Virus record (IMG/VR): IMGVR_UViG_3300044723_001152
Span: 24,139-88,138 of that record
DNA from: a virus
Lineage: Duplodnaviria; Caudoviricetes
Length of the DNA: 64,000 nt
Reading direction: 5' to 3' (one strand)
Shown here: one piece after another, positions 17,939 to 26,709 of the stretch
Layout: every line of letters begins with the position of its first letter
Position numbering within the stretch: position 1 is the first letter of the stretch
The notes under the pieces: model-generated
Seen by the model: the letters and a program-made list of their open reading frames with translations, nothing else
Told to the model about the DNA's origin: nothing
The model's database searches: none
Program-made: the position numbers and the translations under genes

Positions 17939-19477
17939 TTAAAAGTCTCCATCTTGTTGCTGTGCGTTTGGATCTGCCAATACGCCCTGTTTAATTTCAG
18001 TCGCTATGTTTTCTCTCTCTTTTTCAATATCAGCGTCATTCATCTTTAATATATGTTTGTTAACATAGTCCATAGAATATACTGTGCCTATCATACCTGC
18101 GTCCTTCATAGTACGGAATATTTCCATCCTATCTTTGAACATCTCACTTTCTTTAATCTCAGCGAAATATCCATCCTGAACATAATCGTATTTGATAGTT
18201 TGTGATAGAGAGTTTTCCCAATCTTCGATAGTGACAACACCTGTGAGGATCAGTTGAGTTTTCAGTAGGTCGTGGAACAGACCGTTAAATCTATTTCTTA
18301 ATCTACTGATAAACTTCGTAAATTTAATCTCGTCTCTATTTACCTCAGTTGATTTACCAAGTTGTAAACCACCCGCAGCCTCACTATCTAGTCTGCTGTA
18401 TGGTACGTTTAGAGATTGATATAGTTTCTTCTGGAAGTATTTAATATCATCTATCTCACCAAGGTTTGATCCACCTGGTAAAGTTGTAATCTCTGTCCCT
18501 CTACCACCTTCTCGTCTTGGTAACCAGAAGTCTTCCAACATACTCATATATTGTCTATCGTCTCTAATCTCTCCTGTAGAGGCGTCATATACCAGTTTGT
18601 TTCTATATCTGTTCATCACATCTTTGAGGTATTGTTCTGCCTTTACTTTTGGTAGGTTACCTACATCGATGTAAAAAATTCTTCTTTCTGGTGCCCTTGA
18701 TATTCTGTATATGACAACAGAATCCTCAATCATTCTTAACTGATTGACTGGTTTGATTGCCTTATGTAGATATGATAGGACCATGTTTCTCTGTTGGTCC
18801 ACTAATCCACTCACACAATGGGCGATTGCGTCTTTAGAAATCTTCAATCCAGTTGTCGCACTCGCACCTGGTTGTACACCCTTCTCGTTGTAGATGAAAA
18901 ATTCTTCGAACTCTACCACGCCAGGTTTGTTTGGATCTTTTGGTGCGAAACTCTCAGTACCTGGTTTCTGTTTTGGTGCCCTTACCTTCTTAATCTTTCT
19001 TGGGTCGATATATCGTAACTCTGTGAGACCCGCCTTAGTGTTCTTTGGATCTATTATCTTGTGGTATACGATACGACCATCGACATACCATCGTCTGAAT
19101 ATATCGTGTCCCTTCTGTTCAAATTCCAATAATCTAATGACGTTCTTAAATTCTTCGTCAATTCTTTTCTTTACCTGAGATGAGAATGGTATGTTGTTTA
19201 GGTTTAATCTCACCACCTCTTGTTTATCATCGACAACAACTGCCTCATTGATGATATCCTCAATAGCCATATCACACTCTGGGTGTATGGAAACTTCTCT
19301 ATATCTTCTTATTAAATCTGCTTCGTTATTTACTTTTCCTTCTTGGTCGAGGTACGTGCCAAAGTGGCCACCACCCATAATCGTCTGGACGCCATCGTCT
19401 GCCGTTGGTGCCGTGAACGATTGTGAAGTCGCCTTCTTGTCCGCTCGTTTAATGCTAAATCCAAATATCTCTGCCAC
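17939..19477 (-). CDS. gp20: portal protein (likely GTG start at 19477, MAEIFGFSI)
   Basis: WYVDGR, LRYIDPRKI, IYRISRAPERRIFYIDVGNLPK, EDFWLPRREGGRGTEI; GGAGA RBS before the GTG. Confidence 0.97.
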   Translation of the reverse strand: MAEIFGFSIKRADKKATSQSFTAPTADDGVQTIMGGGHFGTYLDQEGKVNNEADLIRRYREVSIHPECDMAIEDIINEAVVVDDKQEVVRLNLNNIPFSSQVKKRIDEEFKNVIRLLEFEQKGHDIFRRWYVDGRIVYHKIIDPKNTKAGLTELRYIDPRKIKKVRAPKQKPGTESFAPKDPNKPGVVEFEEFFIYNEKGVQPGASATTGLKISKDAIAHCVSGLVDQQRNMVLSYLHKAIKPVNQLRMIEDSVVIYRISRAPERRIFYIDVGNLPKVKAEQYLKDVMNRYRNKLVYDASTGEIRDDRQYMSMLEDFWLPRREGGRGTEITTLPGGSNLGEIDDIKYFQKKLYQSLNVPYSRLDSEAAGGLQLGKSTEVNRDEIKFTKFISRLRNRFNGLFHDLLKTQLILTGVVTIEDWENSLSQTIKYDYVQDGYFAEIKESEMFKDRMEIFRTMKDAGMIGTVYSMDYVNKHILKMNDADIEKERENIATEIKQGVLADPNAQQQDGDF

Positions 19478-19495
19478 TACATTTCTCCTTTTCAA

Positions 19496-19522
19496 TATTT
19501 AGTGGGGCACTAAGGCCCCACT
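19496..19522 (-). promoter_or_regulatory. 8-bp hairpin abutting late promoter variant CTAAATA upstream of gp20
   Basis: AGTGGGGC/GCCCCACT inverted repeat at 19501-19522; CTAAATA at 19502-19496. Confidence 0.5.
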
Positions 19523-19534
19523 TTTCATTACAAC

Positions 19535-20062
19535 TTATGTTGTAGTATTAGATTCCCAGTATTGGTATCTCCAAGTACATTCAAAAGTTTCTAAAGTCGT
19601 TACCTGATCCATGTTTAAGTCAACCTGACCTATGATAGTTGGGAATAACCCTCTAAAAGTATAACTCTTAATAGTGTTACCGTTTCTATCTAGGTGGTCA
19701 ACGAAAGCGTCAACTTGATAGTCGACAGGATTCGCAAGTCCTTCGTTATCTGAATGGTTGTTAATACCATTTGACCATCTCTCTATAGCATTTTTGATTG
19801 CGAAATCAGTATCGTTGATGATAGTAGTTGTCCAAGTTTGGAACGTTCTATCACCTGCCATATAAATTGGTCTACCACGGAAGTTTACAGTTAATTCCCC
19901 AATCTCACTTGACGGTAGGTTTGTTGCCGTACATAAGAAAGCCATGCTCTCTGTCTCGCCACCTACTGCCGCGTAACCTGGGAAAGGCATTGTTACTTTA
20001 AACTGGTTTTGTCTTGCTCCACCACCTTTAAGTTTAGAAATAAAGTCTGATACGTTTGCCAT
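19535..20062 (-). CDS. gp19: tail tube protein
   Basis: GGARQNQF, FRGRPIYMAGDRTFQTW, WSNGIN, TWRYQYW. Confidence 0.95.
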   Translation of the reverse strand: MANVSDFISKLKGGGARQNQFKVTMPFPGYAAVGGETESMAFLCTATNLPSSEIGELTVNFRGRPIYMAGDRTFQTWTTTIINDTDFAIKNAIERWSNGINNHSDNEGLANPVDYQVDAFVDHLDRNGNTIKSYTFRGLFPTIIGQVDLNMDQVTTLETFECTWRYQYWESNTTT

Positions 20063-20071
20063 TGTCTACTC

Positions 20072-22075
20072 CTATGCCCCTGCCACTTCACTAAACGCAA
20101 CGCCAGTTCTTGTAGCGATGAAGTTTAGTTTGATGAAGTTGATTGAACGATTTGGTTTGACAAAAATGTCAGCCACAAATTCGTTTCTATCAATGATTTC
20201 ACCCGTGTTGTTTGTTTCATCACACACTACTGAAAAGTCTGTGATACCTCTTCTACCTTGGATGTCCCTTAGGAAAGGTTCTACTAGGTTTCTAAATTGT
20301 GCTCTTGTGAACTCATCATTGAACTCAAAGAGTTGGAATTTAGCAGCCGTAGATACTGCTTTCTCTAGGACCAAGAATAAACGTCTTACGTTAATTCTAT
20401 CGAAAGCACTAGGTTTTGCCTGAGCAGTCTTATCACCAAACAAGACGGTGCCTTGTCCAGGGAATGTAACTACTGGGTTTACTCTTGCTTTATATAGTTC
20501 GTCACGCTGAGTTTGGTTAGGGTCGAATGCCAACTTAACCGCACCTCTAATCTGCCCTCTACTGAAACCAGCAGGTGAGAAGAATGGGTCCGCTACGTTG
20601 TCTGTTCTCGCACATAATCCAGCGATATCACCACATAGTGGCACAAATCTATATACGTCATTGTATTTGTCGTACATGTACTTATAACCACTGTCGATGA
20701 CAGCGTATGATGAACTTGCTAGACCATCAGCAAAAGCCTTGACATTAGAAGTCGCAACGATTTCATTTGCCACATTTACAACGTCTGCTCTCGCAGGTGA
20801 AATAAATGCCACACAATCTTTACGTCCTTCAGCGATATCAATTACCTTTGTTGCGTGTGTGTCTCCTGTAGCATCAGCCGCAGTAGCACCACCACCTTGA
20901 GATGGTCCGCCTATAAGTAAGTTTACCTCTTCCGTTTCAGCATCGCTAAATTTATCATATGCCAATGCCATCTCGCCAAGAGTTGGTTCGTTATCAGTTG
21001 TTCCACCAGATAGACTAGAATTAAAGATAGTCTGGTCTGCCGTACCCTGTTGGTCAAAAGTTTGTCCAAGTTTTGCTGAACCCGCATTTGCCAGTGTACT
21101 CTCATGGTCTAACCAATAGATGTATTTACTATTCTCATATAGGTAATCAACATAGTATATTGATCCACCCTGCGCTGACTTAGCGTCAGAAGCCTGAGAT
21201 AGTCCTTCATGTGTTTCTAATATTGTACCAGCAGTACCTGTAATACCACCATCTTCGTCAACAACCGCGATGTGTAATTCATCTAATGAACCACCTGCGT
21301 TTGAAACGTCATCAGTAGTTGAAGGCGCTTGAGAGAAGTTGAAATAATATTCCCAATATCTTCTCACTTTTGCGTCATCAACTAATGCGTGTCTCAGACC
21401 ACCATCAGATGTGACACCCGTTGAGGAATCAAATCTTTTGATTGTTAAAACATTTGTTGATATTCCAGTTATCTTATAATAGAATCCAGAAGGTGCGCCC
21501 GCTGTAGCAGGTATAGCACTTGCGTCTCCAAATTCAATTATATCTCCTACTTGGAACTGTGTACCGTCATCAACTGTAACAGTTGTTGATCCTACTGCCT
21601 TACCAGAACTTTCGTCAACGAGTATACCGCCACCTAAGTCCGGGCCAAATGCCGTAGAGTTTGTACACATAGATACTTTTAGATTGTTGCCTAGAGTCCC
21701 TGCTTCCCTTGCTCCCCAAGAGCCGTTAGAAGCCGCACCGCCGGCATAGTTATTTAAGTAATGAGTTGTATTCTTAATCTGTAACCCGGTGCCACTTGAA
21801 GTCGCATTTAGGTTGCCAGTTGTTGCTCTCACTACCTTTAAGGCATTACCGTATTGTAAAAAGTTGGTCGCACTAAAAAAATATTCGAAATTCGCGGCAG
21901 TTGGTTTCCCAAAAATTTCCACGTATTCGTCTTCACTAGAGATAAGAACTACCTCGTCCATTGGCCCTTTCTCAGCAATAACACCAATAGCACCAATCGA
22001 AGTTGATACTGCCGGGATTACATTTGTGAGATCCTTTTCAGTTACGTTCACACCTGGTGATACTAAAAAAGCCAT
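20072..22075 (-). CDS. gp18: tail sheath protein
   Basis: SPGVNVTEKDLT, RKDCVAFISP, FFSPAG, SAFDRINVRRLF, FEFNDEFTR. Confidence 0.97.
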   Translation of the reverse strand: MAFLVSPGVNVTEKDLTNVIPAVSTSIGAIGVIAEKGPMDEVVLISSEDEYVEIFGKPTAANFEYFFSATNFLQYGNALKVVRATTGNLNATSSGTGLQIKNTTHYLNNYAGGAASNGSWGAREAGTLGNNLKVSMCTNSTAFGPDLGGGILVDESSGKAVGSTTVTVDDGTQFQVGDIIEFGDASAIPATAGAPSGFYYKITGISTNVLTIKRFDSSTGVTSDGGLRHALVDDAKVRRYWEYYFNFSQAPSTTDDVSNAGGSLDELHIAVVDEDGGITGTAGTILETHEGLSQASDAKSAQGGSIYYVDYLYENSKYIYWLDHESTLANAGSAKLGQTFDQQGTADQTIFNSSLSGGTTDNEPTLGEMALAYDKFSDAETEEVNLLIGGPSQGGGATAADATGDTHATKVIDIAEGRKDCVAFISPARADVVNVANEIVATSNVKAFADGLASSSYAVIDSGYKYMYDKYNDVYRFVPLCGDIAGLCARTDNVADPFFSPAGFSRGQIRGAVKLAFDPNQTQRDELYKARVNPVVTFPGQGTVLFGDKTAQAKPSAFDRINVRRLFLVLEKAVSTAAKFQLFEFNDEFTRAQFRNLVEPFLRDIQGRRGITDFSVVCDETNNTGEIIDRNEFVADIFVKPNRSINFIKLNFIATRTGVAFSEVAGA

Positions 22076-22117
22076 CTTGTTTTCTCCTAATTTTAAAATT
22101 AAAATGTTTCTTACTAC

Positions 22118-22124
22118 TATTTAG
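22118..22124 (-). promoter_or_regulatory. late promoter variant CTAAATA
   Basis: Upstream of gp18. Confidence 0.55.
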
Positions 22125-22131
22125 TAAATCG

Positions 22132-23769
22132 TTATTTTCCGTCTCTGACTACTGGGTTCCACACTTGACCGTATGGATCTGTATAACTCTCTGTCTCTGG
22201 ACCATCTATACCATTATCCACGAACCCAAATGGCGCCATGTCCTGTTCCATGAGGTGTGATTGTTCATCTACCAATCGTGCCCGTATATCTTGGTCAGTT
22301 AATTCTTTGAAGTATGTCTGGTTAGATAACCATGCGAACATCACCAGACAGGTGACTAAATCGTCAGTAGAACCCTCCTCAGCCTCGAACTTCTCCTTGC
22401 CCTTCGCCACATATGTCGATAACTCAGCGATGATATCAAAGTCATGGATCAGGTACTTGTCTGTCTCTATCATCGTCTTTAAGTTAGAACACCCAATCTT
22501 CTTTGTCGCTTTCGTGGTTCTCAACCCTAGTTGAGATTGTTTGCCACTGAAACCTGTTCCCGCAATCTGACCACTACGACCTCGTTGATTGACCATGATG
22601 AGGTTATCGTATTCTAAATCGAACTGTAACGTATCTGCCACCTGACCACCAATATCGTTGACCTCCACCAATATCTCTGCCGTGTTGTAACTCATCGCAA
22701 CCTTGTGGATAATCTGTGGGAATAACATTGGTCGTATCTCATTATCTCTGAACTTGCCTATCACCTTGTATGGTATCTGTGTTGCGTCTGTGATGACGAA
22801 GGCACTATAATCGTTGACCGTACCACGTGCCACATCGACGGTAATCACGTACCTGTGACCTTTTATGGGCATTTCGTATATATCCAGCCCAGCATTACTT
22901 TGTATCGCTTGGTTGTGCGTTAATACTCTTAATTTCGATGAATTTATGAGGGTATCTACACTACCTAGGAACTCACAATCAAACTCCGTTCGAAACTGTT
23001 GTTCACTCGTGTTTCGTATCGTCTCCGCCTTCCACTTCTCATCTCTGCCTGGCACCTCTGACCAGTGAACCTCGATTGGCACATAACTGTTACGTTTATT
23101 CTGTGCGTCATTCCATAACTTGTAGAACATGTTCATACCATGTGGCGTTGATACTATCATCACCTTCGATGATTTACCAGAAGATATCGTAGGATAAACT
23201 GAACTGAAAAACTGTTCAGCGATATTATTAGGGACATAGGCAAACTCGTCCAAGAATATGACGTTGTAAGAACCACCACGCACAGCACTCGATGATGTTG
23301 CCGCGGCAAGTATTCTACTACCATTCTCCAACTCTAAACTACCCTTGTTCCAGTTAATGACACCCTGTTGTAACCACTTTGGTAAATTCTCATATGCCAA
23401 TTGTAATCGACCTAGTAGATCCCTGGCGATAGCAGCCTTGTTCGCAAGTATGGCGATATTCACATTCGCATTGAATATGGCGTAGTGTAATAGGTAAGAT
23501 ATTATCGTTGTAGATTTACCAGTCTGTCTTGGTAACTTACAGATAGAGAAACGATTATCGTGGAATGTATCAACCATCTCTTTCTGGAAGTTATACATCT
23601 TAAATTTCTGTAGACCATGGTCTAGCGTGACTATCTGAATATAGTTAGTAATAAAGTAAACAGGATTCTCTTGGCACTTTATAAATTCTTCGACCTGTTT
23701 CTTTGTGAACTTAACCTTCTGGTTTGCGGCCTTCAGGTTAGGGTTACCCAAATAAGTTTTATTTTCCAT
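22132..23769 (-). CDS. gp17: terminase large subunit
   Basis: YLGNPNLK, RQTGKST, IFLDEFA, STPHG, VDVARG, DDLV. Confidence 0.97.
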   Translation of the reverse strand: MENKTYLGNPNLKAANQKVKFTKKQVEEFIKCQENPVYFITNYIQIVTLDHGLQKFKMYNFQKEMVDTFHDNRFSICKLPRQTGKSTTIISYLLHYAIFNANVNIAILANKAAIARDLLGRLQLAYENLPKWLQQGVINWNKGSLELENGSRILAAATSSSAVRGGSYNVIFLDEFAYVPNNIAEQFFSSVYPTISSGKSSKVMIVSTPHGMNMFYKLWNDAQNKRNSYVPIEVHWSEVPGRDEKWKAETIRNTSEQQFRTEFDCEFLGSVDTLINSSKLRVLTHNQAIQSNAGLDIYEMPIKGHRYVITVDVARGTVNDYSAFVITDATQIPYKVIGKFRDNEIRPMLFPQIIHKVAMSYNTAEILVEVNDIGGQVADTLQFDLEYDNLIMVNQRGRSGQIAGTGFSGKQSQLGLRTTKATKKIGCSNLKTMIETDKYLIHDFDIIAELSTYVAKGKEKFEAEEGSTDDLVTCLVMFAWLSNQTYFKELTDQDIRARLVDEQSHLMEQDMAPFGFVDNGIDGPETESYTDPYGQVWNPVVRDGK

Positions 23770-24160
23770 TTTTCTTTATCAGTTTTTGTAACTCAGCGGT
23801 AGAACCAACGAATAGGTTGTTCTCTACTTTACTAGGTCCTTTCTGTGTCTCCTCACCCAACTTCTTCATCTTCTCTTGTTGTTGTAATAATTTTTCTGAT
23901 ACCTCACTCACCGTCTTTATAAGTTGTCCTGCGACCTCATATGTTCGTGGGTGTTCAGTCTCTTTCGCAAGTTGTAAAATACCATCTAGGGCATCCTGCC
24001 CTCGCTCTACTAGATTATATAAATTCTCCCGACTATACTTGTAGTCGTTCATTATATCCTCTTGTTCTTTAGGGCGAGGTATCGCTGGTGTTTTCTCCTC
24101 AACTTCAACTTTAGGTGTTATGTCTAAAATCTCGTTGAGTTTATCCTCAACTTTTTTCAT
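23759..24160 (-). CDS. gp16: terminase small subunit
   Basis: DYKYSRENLY, HPRTYEVAGQLIK, NNLFVGSTAELQK. Confidence 0.93.
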   Translation of the reverse strand: MKKVEDKLNEILDITPKVEVEEKTPAIPRPKEQEDIMNDYKYSRENLYNLVERGQDALDGILQLAKETEHPRTYEVAGQLIKTVSEVSEKLLQQQEKMKKLGEETQKGPSKVENNLFVGSTAELQKLIKKNGK

Positions 24161-24978
24161 TAGGAATCTTTATCTGTGCCAGAAACTGGATCGTATTCGT
24201 CAGCGTCCTGGAAGAAAGAGTGTTCTTCATTGAAACCAAAGTTATCGTCAGCGTCTGCCGTCGTAGGATTTGGTGTAACCACAAGTCTCTGTTCTCTCTT
24301 AGGTGAGTTAACAGGTGTATCTGTGTATTGATCCACTTGAACTCTCTTAATGATTTTCTGAGAAGTCACAGGTCCATATAGATACATCTTCGCTGTGAAA
24401 TTCATCGTGTACATGATAACTCGTCTCTCTGTGAAGTTACCATCATAGGTATCTTCATATGATACATCATTCAATACGATTGGTACATCTCTCACAATCT
24501 CCATTGTTGGTAGTACGTTTAGACTAATCGTATAGTCTGGTTGAAACATTGGTAGTATCTGTTCGACAATCTGTAAGGCATCCTCACTATTCTTCGCCAT
24601 AGCGAATAGACTGAAACCTACATTGTATGGTACAGGCATGTAACTATGTTGTAGTGACTTAGCGTCTGCCCCTTTCACCTTCTTAAACTTTTGTATCCTG
24701 TTTAACTTTCTTGGTGCGTCATATGTGAGTGTGGTCATCTCAAAACCAACACGTGGTAAAGTCAATGCGGTCGTCTTTACGTTATCCGCACCCCTCGTAC
24801 TATCTTGGTCTAGTCTAACTAAAAATTTTTGTTTTGGTCCGTACGCTAGTGGTACTTTCATCTTTTGTATCGTCTTACCAGTTGAGTTCTTACGATAGAC
24901 GTACATATCGTTAAATAGTGTGCCAAAGGCAACGACCGTCTTTCTTATCAACTCATGGTATTGTGCATCTTTAAACAT
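24160..24978 (-). CDS. gp15: tail sheath stabilizer
   Basis: VAFGTLFN, KVPLAYGPKQKF, LPRVGFE, QIVEQILPMFQP. Confidence 0.93.
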   Translation of the reverse strand: MFKDAQYHELIRKTVVAFGTLFNDMYVYRKNSTGKTIQKMKVPLAYGPKQKFLVRLDQDSTRGADNVKTTALTLPRVGFEMTTLTYDAPRKLNRIQKFKKVKGADAKSLQHSYMPVPYNVGFSLFAMAKNSEDALQIVEQILPMFQPDYTISLNVLPTMEIVRDVPIVLNDVSYEDTYDGNFTERRVIMYTMNFTAKMYLYGPVTSQKIIKRVQVDQYTDTPVNSPKREQRLVVTPNPTTADADDNFGFNEEHSFFQDADEYDPVSGTDKDS

Positions 24979-25847
24979 TATTTACTCCTTGGGTCTCCAA
25001 ATGGGTTGTTTTCTGTGAAATCAAATATATCGTTCTCAGTATCAAAGTCATCTAACCCTGCCGCCGTGTCAAATGCCAAGTTATCACTATCGACACTATC
25101 TGAAGCCAAGTTACTTGTTAGATTATCCTCAAGTATTATATATTCAACGAAATTAGGGTCATCTTCCAAGATGATATTATCAGCGTCCGTCTCATCAACG
25201 ATTGTATCACCTGCCTCTGATAGGAGAGCAGATACATCGCCAGCGATATTTTCTGATAATAGGGAACCAGAACTTGTCGTGCCAGATTCCAGAGTGATTT
25301 GATTTTCTAATAAGTCTAATGTGACGTTATCAAGTTTCTCATCTATCTCTGTTAATCCAGTCTCAACACTCTCTGAACTGTAATCCCATGTAGAACATTT
25401 TAGTTTGAAGATAGGCAAGTCAGAAATCTGATACATTGGATCCTCGTCTTCAACGAAGTCAACTTGCCAAAACTTTTTAAAGAGAGGCATGTATATAACA
25501 TCACCCTCTTTTGGTCTATTAAATGTAAGTGTGTTTGATGGTTGGTCAACCAGTAATTCAAAAGTACGTCTCGCAACAACGAAGGTTAGTTCGTCTCGCA
25601 TATCTAAACCAAACTTACCAATCAGGTCTCCCTGACCAGCAAAACCATTTACTTCTTCAACGTACATCTCAATCATGTACTCGTCAGTAAACTTATCAGT
25701 TGTATTACCTAGGACACCGTCAGTATATAGATTTTCTCTTGGCATATAATGAACATCATGTCCATATATTTTGAGTTGTTCTATAATTAAATCTTCGTAA
25801 AGATTTTTCTCTGCCCTGGTCCCATGTGCGAAGTATGTACTTCTCAT
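24978..25847 (-). CDS. gp14: neck protein
   Basis: EQLKIYGHDVHYMPR, KFGLDMRDE, PKEGDVIY, ENNPFG. Confidence 0.92.
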   Translation of the reverse strand: MRSTYFAHGTRAEKNLYEDLIIEQLKIYGHDVHYMPRENLYTDGVLGNTTDKFTDEYMIEMYVEEVNGFAGQGDLIGKFGLDMRDELTFVVARRTFELLVDQPSNTLTFNRPKEGDVIYMPLFKKFWQVDFVEDEDPMYQISDLPIFKLKCSTWDYSSESVETGLTEIDEKLDNVTLDLLENQITLESGTTSSGSLLSENIAGDVSALLSEAGDTIVDETDADNIILEDDPNFVEYIILEDNLTSNLASDSVDSDNLAFDTAAGLDDFDTENDIFDFTENNPFGDPRSK

Positions 25848-25848
25848 A

Positions 25849-26676
25849 TTAACCTATCATGTATTGCGGTGGTAACTCGTAAGATAATTGTATCTGTTCT
25901 TCTAACTTCGTTATTTCTTCCTGTGCCTGTGTGTATAGTTGTTCGCCATTAAGTTGAACACCACCCAACATCGCAACACCTTGAAACTTGATTAAGTTAG
26001 CACCCCATTGTCTCTTAATTAATTGTATGAGGTATTTCTTTAAAAAGATATCGTCAAATACGTCCGTGAAAGTTGAACCATCTAGTTTTCTATAACACTC
26101 TATGATTAAGAAATCACCTGCGTCAACATCATTATCCCAATCCATGTCGATGTATAATCTGTTCTTGTGCATGTTGTATCTGACAGGTTTCTCACCAACC
26201 AATATGTGGTCTAACATATCTAAATGTCTCAACGTCATATCGTAGTGTATTATAGATGTAGATGAGAAGTCGTATAGGTCATTCAATCTCAGTTGATATC
26301 TCACATCAAATAAATTCAATGCGGCTCTGTCTGAGAATGGGTATACTTGGATAACGGACATTACGTTTGAGGGCATAGGAATATAATTCTTACCTTCTTT
26401 AAATGAAGCCGTAACCGTGCTGTCTGCTGTGTCTGTTACAGTTGAGAGGGTCTCGTTCGTCCTCGCTCTAGTCTTATCGTCCGCTGAGACTTGATACTTG
26501 AGGTACATTCTCTCTGTACCATCATAGTGATACTGTGCGAAATATTGTAACGCCTCGTCAATACGGTCCTCTACCTGGTCATCTTCAACGTTAATCTCAA
26601 TGACTGGTTTGCCTAATGCTCTGAGGCAATATTGTTTAAGGGTCTCTCTTGTAGTAATCGGGTTATTCTGTGCCAT
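25849..26676 (-). CDS. gp13: neck protein
   Basis: LRALGKPVIEINVEDDQVEDRIDEAL, KRQWGANL, GGVQLNG. Confidence 0.94.
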   Translation of the reverse strand: MAQNNPITTRETLKQYCLRALGKPVIEINVEDDQVEDRIDEALQYFAQYHYDGTERMYLKYQVSADDKTRARTNETLSTVTDTADSTVTASFKEGKNYIPMPSNVMSVIQVYPFSDRAALNLFDVRYQLRLNDLYDFSSTSIIHYDMTLRHLDMLDHILVGEKPVRYNMHKNRLYIDMDWDNDVDAGDFLIIECYRKLDGSTFTDVFDDIFLKKYLIQLIKRQWGANLIKFQGVAMLGGVQLNGEQLYTQAQEEITKLEEQIQLSYELPPQYMIG

Positions 26677-26695
26677 GTTATAGTCCTTATGAGAC

Positions 26696-26703
26696 TATTT
26701 ATA
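26696..26703 (-). promoter_or_regulatory. T4 late promoter TATAAATA
   Basis: Exact consensus upstream of gp13. Confidence 0.75.
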
Positions 26704-26709
26704 ATGGTT

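Noticed and set aside
4954-23769. Inteins, group I introns or homing endonucleases in gp46, uvsW, gp17, gp20 or gp23
   Set aside because: All are continuous and of normal length, and no LAGLIDADG, GIY-YIG, HNH or splice motifs were recognised.
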